From positions 49,095 to 113,094 of the forward strand of contig NVUX02000006.1 of assembly GCA_002402045.2 (NCBI GenBank): a DNA stretch of 64,000 nucleotides. Direction: 5' to 3'. The notes under the pieces were generated by a model, which had not been told where the DNA came from, ran no database searches, and worked only from the letters and a program-made list of their open reading frames with translations. Shown piece by piece: positions 38,230-46,965 of this stretch. This DNA is from Paracoccaceae bacterium. Its GTDB lineage: Bacteria > Pseudomonadota > Alphaproteobacteria > Rhodobacterales > Rhodobacteraceae. The translations under genes and the position numbers were made by a program. Within the stretch, counting starts at the first letter, position 1. Each line of letters begins with the position of its first letter.

Positions 38230-39251
38230 CACTGCGTGATGTGCGCAAAAGCTATGGTGCCACGCAAGTTATGCACGGCGTTGACCTTGATATTGACGAT
38301 GGTGAGTTTGTTGTTTTTGTGGGGCCGTCTGGCTGCGGAAAATCGACGTTGCTACGGATGATCGCTGGTCTCGAAGAGATCTCGAGCGGGTCTGTTTCAA
38401 TTGACGGTAAAGAAGTGAACGAGGTTGCCGCCTCAAAGCGGGGCGTGGCAATGGTGTTTCAGTCCTATGCGCTTTACCCACATATGACCGTCTATAAAAA
38501 TATGGCGTTTGGCTTAAAACAGGCGAAGACCGATCCGGCAGAAATTGACCGTCGTGTAAAAGGCGCCGCTGAAATTTTGCAAATCACAGATTACTTAGAC
38601 CGCAGCCCGCGCAATTTGTCAGGTGGTCAGCGCCAACGGGTGGCGATTGGCCGTGCGATTGTACGTGACCCAAAAGTGTTCCTTTTTGATGAGCCCCTGT
38701 CTAACCTTGACGCGGCGCTGCGTGTGCAAACACGGCTTGAAATAGCCCGCCTTCACGAGCGCCTCAAAACCACGATGATCTACGTGACCCATGACCAGGT
38801 TGAAGCGATGACGCTAGCTGACAAGATTGTGGTGTTGCGCGATGGCCGCATCGAACAGGTCGGCTCGCCGATCGATCTTTATGAGCGCCCGGAAAATTTG
38901 TTTGTTGCGCAGTTTATTGGCAGCCCAAAAATGAATGTCTTCTCGGCGGGCGATCTTGCCCCGAATGCGAGCAAAGTTCTTGGCAGAGATGTTGCTGCGA
39001 CAGATCAGGTTGGATTGCGGCCCGAAAATATGGTCGAATCCGATGCCGACAACACGGTTGTTGAGGGGCGCTTAGAATTGGTGGAAAACCTTGGGGAATA
39101 CGCGTTGGTTCACCTAATCACAGCAAGTGGCATCGAATTTATCGCCAAGTCTGCCAAGCCCCCCGCCGCTGAAAAAGGCAGCGCTGTTGGCTTTACAATC
39201 GCCCCTGAGCTTGCCCACTATTTTGACATTAAAACAGGTTTGCGTAGTTGA
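38217..39251 (+). CDS. smoK: polyol ABC transporter ATP-binding protein (MalK-like)
   Basis: 344 aa. Walker [18 protein letters not shown], Walker B FLFDEPLS and a C-terminal MalK-type regulatory domain. Confidence 0.9.
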   Translation: MAGLTLRDVRKSYGATQVMHGVDLDIDDGEFVVFVGPSGCGKSTLLRMIAGLEEISSGSVSIDGKEVNEVAASKRGVAMVFQSYALYPHMTVYKNMAFGLKQAKTDPAEIDRRVKGAAEILQITDYLDRSPRNLSGGQRQRVAIGRAIVRDPKVFLFDEPLSNLDAALRVQTRLEIARLHERLKTTMIYVTHDQVEAMTLADKIVVLRDGRIEQVGSPIDLYERPENLFVAQFIGSPKMNVFSAGDLAPNASKVLGRDVAATDQVGLRPENMVESDADNTVVEGRLELVENLGEYALVHLITASGIEFIAKSAKPPAAEKGSAVGFTIAPELAHYFDIKTGLRS

Positions 39252-39479
39252 TTGCCACTCAATATCGTCATGGGTGGTGAACACCTGAACGCACGGATTG
39301 ATACTGGGCTCTTCTTGGTTAAGCCGCAAAATCCTGTCACATATGAGGCGGTGGCTGGTATTAAGTAAGCCAGCTTTTGAAGGGCGTCTGGGCCTATCGC
39401 GGAATGGTTCCGGCCTTTTACCTGCGTATTATGCGCTAAAGGAGAGCGAATATAAAACGCAGAGCAGGGAAGGCATGCA

Positions 39480-39760
39480 TGCCCGAGAAAGGCGTTTTCG
39501 ACCTTAACTGGATACAACGGGGTCGAACGAACTCGACGAAGCCTTCAGTTCAAACCGATCCGGAAAGCGAAGGAGGTCCTAAAAAAGACAGCGGTATTCT
39601 TCGCGGGCCAAAAACCATGCGGTTTGAGCGCGTCGGAAAAAATCGTGGGGCTGCGCCCACCGCGCGATTGTGCAAGATTATGAATGTCAGGCCGCGAGGT
39701 TTTCGCGCCGTCCTATCCAGCCCAATCAGCCAGAGCCAGCTTGAAAATAGGTGACCTTTT
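39480..39760 (+). mobile_element. IS3-family remnant (OrfA end / OrfB beginning junction only)
   Basis: The peptide ...GILRGPKTMRFERVGKNRGAAPTARLCKIMNVRPRGFRAVLSSPISQSQ resembles the OrfA C-terminus/OrfB N-terminus junction of IS3 elements (..FI..HR..FPV..LC..L.VS.SGYYAW..RP.S.R). No integrase core follows. Confidence 0.6.
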
Positions 39761-39908
39761 TTAGGATCTCCCTCTCCTCGCACGGCAGGCGAACGTCTTT
39801 GAGATTCATGTTCCGTGACTATTCTGAGTTTCTCCCCTGAGCAGCGTCAACCCAGTTTTCGATTGCGAGGTTTCACCAGGAATCCAGATGTGCCCGCTGA
39901 GTTGCCGT

Positions 39909-40745
39909 TCAACTTTCAAACGCGGCCTTTCCGGCGACTTCGCCGATGGAAAATGCGGCACCCATCACGAGAATGGACCCATAAACGACGGAGTCCGCAC
40001 CAACCAAATGGCCCGCAAAATAGGCGTTACCCAGCTCTTTTGCACGCAGGCAATCCGGCGAAATACCTGCATATCCCACGCTACCAATTGAGTGATCCCA
40101 ACTGGCCGTGCCGCTTTGGCGAAACCGTCGGCCCGACAACAGGTCCTCACCGGTTAGGTCATATTGTGCAGCGGGGGGTGCGGCTTTCGCGGATGCCGGG
40201 TTGTGGACCGGTTGACGCCAGATAGGCATTTTAAAAACCCGGCACAAGGTCGTGCAGCACCTGCACACGTAAGCATGCGCAGCCCCACGCGCGGCTTGCT
40301 CAGCACAGGTAATTTTTCGGGGGAAAGATCAGGCAGGGCGTGGTCAAACATCATCCACCATATTTGGCTGGTGCGTGGCACCTCAGTGAAAATACCGCCA
40401 TCGGTGCGGGCTGTGGGGAAACGGCCGGTTTGATTCTAGACCTTAAACCCTGCAATCATCGCATCGCGGTCAATGGGAAGGAAGCGGTCACGCCCACCAA
40501 CAAGCATTGGGGCTGAAATGGCCTGCAAAACACCGTGGTCATTACCAATACGGCGGGTTAACCCCGCCAAAAGCGGCAGGTTCGCATCCCTCGTTGCATC
40601 AACAAACACCAGAATGGTCACGCTAGCAATGGCAGGATTCGGATCTTTACCCTGTTGGAAAGCCCACAATAAGCCAGCACGTTTGAGGCCGTAGCTGCCG
40701 TGCCCAGCATCGCCGCCTGCGACGATAACGTCATAGTCACATTAT
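39909..40745 (-). pseudogene. FAD/NAD(P)-binding oxidoreductase-like gene, frameshifted and truncated
   Basis: Three minus-strand pieces lie in three different frames. The first starts with a dinucleotide-binding-like DYDVIVAGGDAGHGS (about 40742 downward) with a stop immediately upstream. Two further pieces follow (40154-40381, 39909-40268), the last ending ...AYFAGHLVGADSVVYGSILVMGAAFSIGEVAGKAA. Confidence 0.5.
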
Positions 40746-40755
40746 GGCATACGGC

Positions 40756-40977
40756 TCACGCGTGCCAACCGAGCAAGCCCCGCTCAACTAGCCCAATGGC
40801 GGTGCTCAGCAGCACCCGAAGCAATGATAAAATCACACCCACAAACAGGCGTTCAAGATCATACAGCGACCCAGCTTGAAGAAAATACGTACCGATGCCG
40901 CATCCTGCGCCCAGCATTTCAGCGCCACCAGCAAAATAATCGTAATCGTCAGCGAAATTCGAAGCCCCGAAAGAATG
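40756..40977 (-). pseudogene. C-terminal fragment of a nitrate/sulfonate/taurine-type ABC permease
   Basis: Minus-strand translation gives ...FAGGAEMLGAGCGIGTYFLQAGSLYDLERLFVGVILSLLRVLLSTAIGLVERGLLGWHA-stop, the typical end of TauC/SsuC-like permeases. An in-frame stop lies about 70 codons upstream of the end, and no N-terminal part is present. Confidence 0.6.
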
Positions 40978-41443
40978 CTAGGCAGGGCAAACCAAATATG
41001 AGCTTTGATTTAATGCAACCCAGACGCAGTGATAAGATAACGGATGATTTCGTTTCAGGTGGTCAATTAAAACGAATGGCCTGCCTTCAAGAATTGTGAC
41101 CGATAAAACCAGAGCCAATCTAGCAGGTTTTGAGCGGATAAATGTCGGCCTGAAATTCTCGAGGACTAAACAACGGATTGCAATATTGCGCGGAAAATAC
41201 CTTAACAACTTTATCGAACAGAATCACCATTTCCTCAAAAAAATAACGCGCCCGCACTGGATTTTACGACCGTCCATTCAACCACGATCACTCTCGCCCA
41301 CATCAAGGATGGCCGACATGACCGTAAGAAAGATGCTAGGTAAACCACACGGAGCCGTTTGCACATTTCGCGAGGTTAGCAGTCTAAATGCACAGTAAAC
41401 TGACCTTCGTAACAGTGAGAAAAACTTTGCGACCGAACCCGCC
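40978..41443 (+). mobile_element. IS6-family transposase remnant with probable right terminal repeat
   Basis: The peptide IVTDKTRANLAGFERI...GKYLNNFIEQNHHFLKKITRP... matches the IS6/IS26 transposase C-terminal pattern (TDK...Y.aA; YLNN.IEQDHR.IK). It is degenerate, with stops. TTTGCGACCGAACC at about 41430-41443 resembles the IS26-type end TTTGCAACAGTGCC (10 of 14). Confidence 0.55.
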
Positions 41444-41779
41444 AACAAGGGTGGGAAAACGGGCGTTCGCTGCGGGTGTAAACATAGGCAGAGTTCGCAA
41501 GTAGCGGACCTTGACGGAGTGTCTGACGTCGGCCCAAGATCAACCAGCAGCTCCATTGGGTGTTTCATTAGTCAGCCCTCCCAATATCGAGAACAGAATG
41601 CTCCGCAGAGTACAGCGCGAAGCATATCTGAATTAGAGATGCCGGTGCTTTAAAGGATAGCATTGCAGCATGTCGTCACAAGCTAGGAAATGCACCAATA
41701 ACCTCACTGAACGGTCGATGACAAACTCCAGAAGTTTTTTGTGAAAAATGACACCAGCTGCCTGAAAATCGTTATGTTC

Positions 41780-41806
41780 ATTAATGCACATAACATGTGC
41801 ATTAAT
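41780..41806. promoter_or_regulatory. 27-bp perfect palindrome ATTAATGCACAT-AAC-ATGTGCATTAAT, candidate operator upstream of azoR
   Basis: The 12-bp arms (41780-41791 and 41795-41806) are exact reverse complements. The palindrome lies about 60 nt upstream of the azoR ATG and is flanked by direct ATGTTCA repeats (41774-41780, 41814-41820). Confidence 0.6.
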
Positions 41807-41866
41807 CTCCCTAATGTTCAAGAGTGATCTCTATATATAGAGCGTATAGCAAAAATTGGAGTGACT

Positions 41867-42457
41867 ATGACCAACATACTGAAAATCGACAGCTCTGGGC
41901 AATATGAAGGCTCAATAAGCCGAAAGCTCACTGCCCGGCTTGCCAAACGGCTGCTCACAGCACCGAACGCAACGCTCATCGAGCGCGACGTGGCCAAAGG
42001 CCTCCCCGTGGTGTCTGAAAGCTGGATCGGCAGCAATTTCACCCCAAAAGAAGACCGTACCCCCGAGCAAACCGAAATCCTTGGCCTGTCTGACAGCTTG
42101 GTCGAAGAGCTTCGCAATGCCGACACCATAATCATCGGTATGCCTATCTACAATTTCAGCATGCCCGGCGCGCTGAAAAACTGGGTAGACCTCATTTGTC
42201 GCGCGGGAGAAACCTTTCAATACACCGAGACCGGCCCCGAAGGGCTGCTCAACGGGAAGCGCGCCTATGTGGTGGTAGCATCTGGTGGCGTGCCGATCGG
42301 CTCTCCAGTAGATTTTGCCAGCACACACCTAAAACAAGTGCTCAACTTTATTGGCATTACTGACATCAAGTTCATCTCGGCAACGGCCATGATGGCCAAC
42401 GCAGAGGCCGTGATAAAAGCCGCCGAATCAGAGATTGACCAGTTGGCCGCAGCATAA
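41867..42457 (+). CDS. azoR: FMN-dependent NADH-azoreductase
   Basis: MTNILKIDSSGQ...IIIGMPIYNFSMPGALKNWVDLICRAGETFQYTETGPEGLL is the AzoR/AcpD signature. ATG 41867 is preceded by a GGAG RBS. Confidence 0.85.
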   Translation: MTNILKIDSSGQYEGSISRKLTARLAKRLLTAPNATLIERDVAKGLPVVSESWIGSNFTPKEDRTPEQTEILGLSDSLVEELRNADTIIIGMPIYNFSMPGALKNWVDLICRAGETFQYTETGPEGLLNGKRAYVVVASGGVPIGSPVDFASTHLKQVLNFIGITDIKFISATAMMANAEAVIKAAESEIDQLAAA

Positions 42458-42487
42458 CCCGCAGCGGGCCAGCACCACGCTGGCCCG

Positions 42488-43246
42488 CTAAGCGATTTTT
42501 AAAACCCGTATCCGGCTTTCATTTGCCAGCACATCCTTATCGCCATTTGCGATCCGCCGTAGCATTGGCACATTCAGCAACTTCAGCGCATTCAGGCTTG
42601 GCGCTTCTAAAACTCCGCGCTTTTCGAGGTCTTTAAAGCACCGGCTTACGGTTTCGGGTTGCATCCCCAGATACTCGGCCAAATCAATCCGCCGCACCGG
42701 AATTTTCACTAAATCCCCGTCCGTAAAGCCTACCTGTCGATTGCGGCACTCAAAAATAAACGAGGCCAGTTTTTCCAGTGCCTGCTTTTTGGCAATGTCG
42801 CCCGAATGATCCATGGCGCGAAAAGCCTGGTCCCGCAGATTTTCCCAAATCACCTTTTGCGCATCGGGGTTATGCCCCATAATTTGCTCGAAAATTTTGG
42901 GCGAAAGCCGACACACATCCACATTTCCCAGCGCAATCAGCGCGCCGCGGTTGCGGTTGGATATGTTGCGAAGATCAATAATATCACCGCGCATAAACAG
43001 TGCCGCAATGGTTTTACGGCCATCTTGCAGCAAGTGCTGCATGCTCAGCACGCCACTATCAATCGCCACAATCGGCCAATGGGCCAGGGCCTCGTTTTCC
43101 AGCGTGTCGCCGCGCTTCATGCTCAGCGTACGCGATTGGTTAGAGAGCTCACATAGCTCATCCCCACTCAGCTGAGCGCAAAACAGCTTGCCATCCGAAT
43201 AGAGCGCGCAGTCTTTACACTTGTCTTTTATTTTAATATTTCTCAT
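42488..43246 (-). CDS. Crp/Fnr-family transcriptional regulator with N-terminal cysteines (FnrL-like)
   Basis: The start is moved to ATG 43246 (MRNIKIKDKCKDCALYSDGKLFC...), giving a C-x2-C-x10-C N-terminal cluster. cNMP-binding-like fold. Recognition helix ETVSRCFKDL (E--SR motif). A perfect FNR box lies 59 nt upstream of this start. Confidence 0.8.
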   Translation of the reverse strand: MRNIKIKDKCKDCALYSDGKLFCAQLSGDELCELSNQSRTLSMKRGDTLENEALAHWPIVAIDSGVLSMQHLLQDGRKTIAALFMRGDIIDLRNISNRNRGALIALGNVDVCRLSPKIFEQIMGHNPDAQKVIWENLRDQAFRAMDHSGDIAKKQALEKLASFIFECRNRQVGFTDGDLVKIPVRRIDLAEYLGMQPETVSRCFKDLEKRGVLEAPSLNALKLLNVPMLRRIANGDKDVLANESRIRVLKIA

Positions 43247-43304
43247 TCGCGCCCCCGATTTTTTTGTATGCGGCCCTGTGATAGCGCATGTACACTTGGG
43301 TTTG

Positions 43305-43318
43305 TTGATCGAGATCAA
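43305..43318. promoter_or_regulatory. consensus FNR/CRP-type box TTGAT-CGAG-ATCAA
   Basis: Exact match to the TTGAT-N4-ATCAA consensus, in the intergenic region between the fnrL-like gene and the cobalamin riboswitch. Confidence 0.7.
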
Positions 43319-43414
43319 TCTTTTCTCACAAATCCACCTTTTGCATACAATGGTGCGCAATCACCGCACCGGAGCGAATTTATTTGACAGCCCCGCCATT
43401 TCCGTGCATCGCTG

Positions 43415-43612
43415 AAAGAGCAACGGTTCCCCAATGTGCGAAAACGCACGGGGATGAAACGGGAATGCTGTAAGGGGAGACCAAACGAGGCCCCGAGTCA
43501 GCAGCCGCCCCCGCGACTGTAAGTGGGTTTGCGCGCCATTTTGCCACTGGGCTTAGCCCGGGAAGGCGGCGCGCTTTATACCACAAGCCAGGAGACCGGC
43601 CATTGCATGAAC
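43415..43612 (+). promoter_or_regulatory. cobalamin (B12) riboswitch
   Basis: Conserved core elements in order: GGTTCC, GGGATGAAACGGGAA, CAGCAGCCGCCCCCGCGACTGTAA, GCCACTGG, CCGGGAAGGC, and the B12 box AAGCCAGGAGACCGGCC (43585-43601). The hairpin GCCGTC-GGGGAA-GACGGC (43622-43639) abuts the AAAGGAG RBS of cbtB. Confidence 0.9.
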
Positions 43613-43653
43613 CGTAACTGCGCCGTCGGGGAAGACGGCTAAAGGAGACTATT

Positions 43654-43824
43654 ATGACTACAGCGACCAAAACCGCCGAAAAAGCCGATATCAGTATTTT
43701 GAGCATCACGCTCATGGCCTTTATCGGCTTTAGCATTATGTTTATGGCTGGCTTCGCCAATTCCGAAACCGTGCATAACTATGAGCACGATACCCGCCAC
43801 GCAACCGGTTTCCCCTGCCACTAA
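43654..43824 (+). CDS. cbtB: cobalt transporter subunit CbtB (56 aa; not in the supplied ORF track)
   Basis: ATG 43654 follows the AAAGGAG RBS. MTTATKTAEKADISILSITLMAFIGFSIMFMAGFANSETVHNYEHDTRHATGFPCH has one TM segment and a His-rich C-terminus. It sits directly after a B12 riboswitch and before cbtA. Confidence 0.8.
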   Translation: MTTATKTAEKADISILSITLMAFIGFSIMFMAGFANSETVHNYEHDTRHATGFPCH

Positions 43825-43825
43825 A

Positions 43826-44548
43826 ATGATAACAAGACTGCTATCCAGCGCGTTGTTCGCTGGCATTGCAGGAGGGCTGATTGTCGCTCTTCTGCATGTT
43901 TTCTTGCTGTCTCCGGTTATCATTGAAGCTGAAGAATATGAATCCGGTAACAAATACCATTTTGCGGGAGTGCTTGAGGGCGCAGACCCCGGCCATCATG
44001 ACACCATGGAAGAGGCCAGCGATGGCCATCAGCATGACGCGACCGAGGAAAGCTGGGCCGCGCGCAGCTTGCGCACCGGGTTGTCGAGCGTTTTAACCAC
44101 GTTGGGCTTTGCCTTTATGTTGATCGCAGGGTTTGCCATCGCCGAGCGCAATGGCATCGTTGTCACCGCACGTAGCGGCGTGCTGTGGGGCTTGGGCGGG
44201 TTTGCAGCCTTTCACCTCGCCACCAGCTTTGGTCTGCCGCCCGAGCTTCCCGGCTCTTCTGCGGCCATGCTGGAGCAACGGCAATTTTGGTGGCTTGGCA
44301 CAGCTATTGCCACCATCTTTGGCCTCGCCAGCATAGCTTTTGGCAAAAACTGGCTGCATTGGGGCGTGGGGATAGTGCTTGTAGCCCTGCCCCATATCAT
44401 CGGCGCCCCCCACCCGCACAGCTTTGGCGGCGTGGTGCCGCCCGAGCTTCAAGGCGAGTTTGTATCCCTCAGCCTTGGCGTAGCCGCTATTGGCTGGGCA
44501 ACGCTTGGCTTGCTGGCGGGCTTTATGTGGGCACGACAGGCCGATTAA
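43826..44548 (+). CDS. cbtA: cobalt transporter subunit CbtA
   Basis: ATG 43826 lies 1 nt after the cbtB stop (MITRLLSSALFAGIAGGLIVALLHVFLLSPVIIEAEEYE). Multiple TM segments and a His-rich loop (GHHDTMEEASDGHQHD). Known B12-riboswitch-regulated CbtAB pair. Confidence 0.85.
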   Translation: MITRLLSSALFAGIAGGLIVALLHVFLLSPVIIEAEEYESGNKYHFAGVLEGADPGHHDTMEEASDGHQHDATEESWAARSLRTGLSSVLTTLGFAFMLIAGFAIAERNGIVVTARSGVLWGLGGFAAFHLATSFGLPPELPGSSAAMLEQRQFWWLGTAIATIFGLASIAFGKNWLHWGVGIVLVALPHIIGAPHPHSFGGVVPPELQGEFVSLSLGVAAIGWATLGLLAGFMWARQAD

Positions 44549-44553
44549 GCCTA

Positions 44554-44617
44554 TTGGCCGCGGGGGCTTGTATATGGGAGGAAATGCGTCCATATAGCCT
44601 CAGAACCCCGCGGCCAA
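44554..44617. repeat. long imperfect hairpin with perfect 12-bp outer arms just 3' of cbtA (possible terminator/REP-like)
   Basis: TTGGCCGCGGGG (44554-44565) pairs with CCCCGCGGCCAA (44606-44617). The inner pair is TATATGG/CCATATA. No immediate T-run follows. Confidence 0.7.
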
Positions 44618-44710
44618 CTCACCTACGAGCCTTTTTGCACGTCTGCTAGAGCCTGTCGCATCTGACAAGCCAAAGCCGTGCTGCCGCGCGCATACTGAAA
44701 GCATTATACC

Positions 44711-45943
44711 ATGAATTTTGAAGACACCGGCTTATCCAAGCCGATTCTAACCACGTTGCAAGAACTTGGTTATGAAACCGCGACGCCTATTCAGGTGCAA
44801 GCCATTCCGCCCATTTTGGAAGGCCGCGATGTTGTTGGCCTTGCCCAAACCGGCACCGGCAAAACCGCCGCCTTTGCCCTGCCCTTGCTGCACCGTGTGA
44901 ATAAAACCTCCGAGGGTGGCAAGCATCGCCCAATTCGGGTGCTGATCCTTTCACCCACGCGTGAGCTGGCGGCGCAGATAGATAAATCTGTGCGTGATTA
45001 TGGCGGGCGGTTGCCGCTGAAATCCACCTGCGTGGTTGGTGGTGTGCCAATCAAGCGCCAAATCACCGCCCTGCGCGGCGGCGTAGATTTCCTTGTTGCC
45101 ACGCCCGGGCGGCTTGAGGATCTCGTATCCCAAAAGGCTGTGCGGCTGGATAGGGTTGAGACCGTGGTGCTGGATGAAGCCGACCAAATGCTGGACATCG
45201 GCTTTATGCCTGCCATTAAGCGGATTTTGAAACTGCTGCCCAAAAACCGCCAAACCCTGCTTTTCTCAGCGACAATGCCCAAGGAAATCAAGGCTCTATC
45301 TCAAGATCACCTGAAAAACCCGGTTGAAGTTGCGGTTGCGACGATTGCCAAAACCGCCGATAAAGTTTCGCAAAGCGTGATGCACCTGCCCCCCGAGGGC
45401 AAAGTGAACGCAATGACCAAACTCGCAAAAACCCACCCCGGTAAAAAGATTATCGTGTTTGCCCGCACTAAGCGCGGGGCCGATAAAATTGCCCGTAAGC
45501 TGGTGTCTGAAGGCATTGGTGCCGAGGCGATTCACGGTAATAAATCACAAAGCCAGCGGGTGCGTACGCTCGCCGCGTTTAAAAATGGCAAAATCCTTGT
45601 ACTGATCGCGACCGACATTGCCGCCCGTGGTATTGACGTACCGGGTGTGGAATTGGTGGTGAATTATGACCTGCCGAACGTGCCGGAGAGCTACGTGCAC
45701 CGCATCGGCCGCACCGCGCGCGCAGGGGCTTCTGGCTTGGCCGTGAGCTTTTGCACAAGCGAAGAGATCAAGCTATTGCGCGCTGTTGAGCGGTTGATCC
45801 AAATGAAAATCCCGGCACTGGCCGCCGATGGCACACCGCTGCAGGAAAAAGACATCCCGCAGCCCACCCGCGCAGCCAAACGCCCCGATGGAGGCCGTCC
45901 GCAACAGCGCCGCCGTCGCCATCGCCCACGCCAGACGAGCTAG
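44711..45943 (+). CDS. rhlE: DEAD-box ATP-dependent RNA helicase
   Basis: 410 aa. Q motif, AQTGTGKT, PTRELA, DEAD, SAT, HRIGRTARAG and a basic C-terminal tail. Confidence 0.9.
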   Translation: MNFEDTGLSKPILTTLQELGYETATPIQVQAIPPILEGRDVVGLAQTGTGKTAAFALPLLHRVNKTSEGGKHRPIRVLILSPTRELAAQIDKSVRDYGGRLPLKSTCVVGGVPIKRQITALRGGVDFLVATPGRLEDLVSQKAVRLDRVETVVLDEADQMLDIGFMPAIKRILKLLPKNRQTLLFSATMPKEIKALSQDHLKNPVEVAVATIAKTADKVSQSVMHLPPEGKVNAMTKLAKTHPGKKIIVFARTKRGADKIARKLVSEGIGAEAIHGNKSQSQRVRTLAAFKNGKILVLIATDIAARGIDVPGVELVVNYDLPNVPESYVHRIGRTARAGASGLAVSFCTSEEIKLLRAVERLIQMKIPALAADGTPLQEKDIPQPTRAAKRPDGGRPQQRRRRHRPRQTS

Positions 45944-45972
45944 GTCCCTGCAAGCCGCAGGCGCCGCACGCA

Positions 45973-46103
45973 CCGAGGAGGTGGCCCGAAGGGTCGCCGA
46001 GGAGGTGCTATGCCGGAGCTGTCCGACAGCTCCGGGCTTGCTTTGGCCTCTGCGGGGGTAAACCCCCACTCGGCCAAAGCACATTTTTCAGTAAACTGAA
46101 AAA
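45973..46103. repeat. GC-rich intergenic element of nested inverted repeats (copy 2 of 2 in window)
   Basis: CCGAGGAGGTG occurs twice (45973-45983, 45997-46007). Nested hairpins: CCGGAGCTG-TCCGA-CAGCTCCGG (46013-46035); TGCTTTGGCC (46039-46048) pairing with GGCCAAAGCA (46072-46081), enclosing GGGGG-TAAA-CCCCC (46054-46067); then TTTTTCAG-TAAA-CTGAAAAA (46084-46103). The architecture parallels 1704-1779. Confidence 0.6.
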
Positions 46104-46233
46104 TGCCTGCCGCTGGCCGTGGCCTCGCTACGCTCGGGGGCCAAGGCGCAACCACCACGCAAAATTCGGCCTGTACCGAAACTGTGACCGAATGCCGATT
46201 GCACCCTCATTAACAAGCCGCTAAACATCCTCT

Positions 46234-46965
46234 ATGTCTATTTGGGAATTCGCAAATCCGGTGCGTTTTATGCGCCTATCAGGTCGGGTGTTACCGTGGA
46301 TCACGGGGCTCGCGCTCCTCACCCTTTTCCCTGCGCTTATCTGGGGTTTCTTTTTCACACCAGATGACGCCCGCCAAGGCGCGACCGTAAAAATCATATA
46401 TGTGCACGTGCCCACAGCCTTTTTGGCAATCAACGTCTATTTCATGATGTTTGTCACATCCCTAATCTGGCTCATCCGCCGGCACCATGTTTCGGCCCTC
46501 GCCGCCAAAGCCGCCGCACCTATTGGCGCTGTCATGACGTTAATTGCCCTCATCACCGGCGCGGTTTGGGGCCAGCCGATGTGGGGCACATGGTGGGTCT
46601 GGGATCCACGCCTCACCTCTTTTCTGATCATGTTTATCTTCTACATCGGCTATATCGCCCTCTGGGCGGCCATAGACGAACCTGACAAAGCCGCCGATCT
46701 TTCTGCCATTCTTTGCATGATCGGCTCGGTCTTCGCCATCGTCTCGCGCTATGCCGTTAATTTCTGGAGCCAAGGCCTGCACCAAGGCACCTCTGTGCCG
46801 CTCCTTCGCCCCGGTGAAGCAACGCAAGTTGCCGCAGTATTTTGGCAGCCGCTAATACTCTCCATCGCCGGATTTTTCCTGCTTTTTCTCGCGCTCCTTT
46901 TGGTGCGCACCCGCACAGAAATCCGGCATCGCCGTATAACCGCCCTTCGGGCAAGAGAGGCCTAA
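46234..46965 (+). CDS. ccmC: haem exporter protein CcmC
   Basis: 243 aa, multi-TM, with the WGxxWxWD tryptophan-rich motif (WGTWWVWDPRLTS). Confidence 0.9.
   Translation: MSIWEFANPVRFMRLSGRVLPWITGLALLTLFPALIWGFFFTPDDARQGATVKIIYVHVPTAFLAINVYFMMFVTSLIWLIRRHHVSALAAKAAAPIGAVMTLIALITGAVWGQPMWGTWWVWDPRLTSFLIMFIFYIGYIALWAAIDEPDKAADLSAILCMIGSVFAIVSRYAVNFWSQGLHQGTSVPLLRPGEATQVAAVFWQPLILSIAGFFLLFLALLLVRTRTEIRHRRITALRAREA

Noticed and set aside
41633-41821. 62-aa minus-strand ORF divergent from azoR, whose first residues (MNIREIN...DFQAAG) faintly resemble a LysR N-terminus.
   Set aside because: It is too short and the resemblance fades after about 25 residues. The 27-bp palindrome would lie inside its coding sequence. 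It is possibly the stump of a lost regulator, but this cannot be supported as a gene.
43380-43760. 126-aa minus-strand ORF and 104-aa ORF (43639-43953).
   Set aside because: They lie antisense across the cobalamin riboswitch and the cbtB/cbtA start. The riboswitch core motifs and the cbtBA reading frames explain the sequence.
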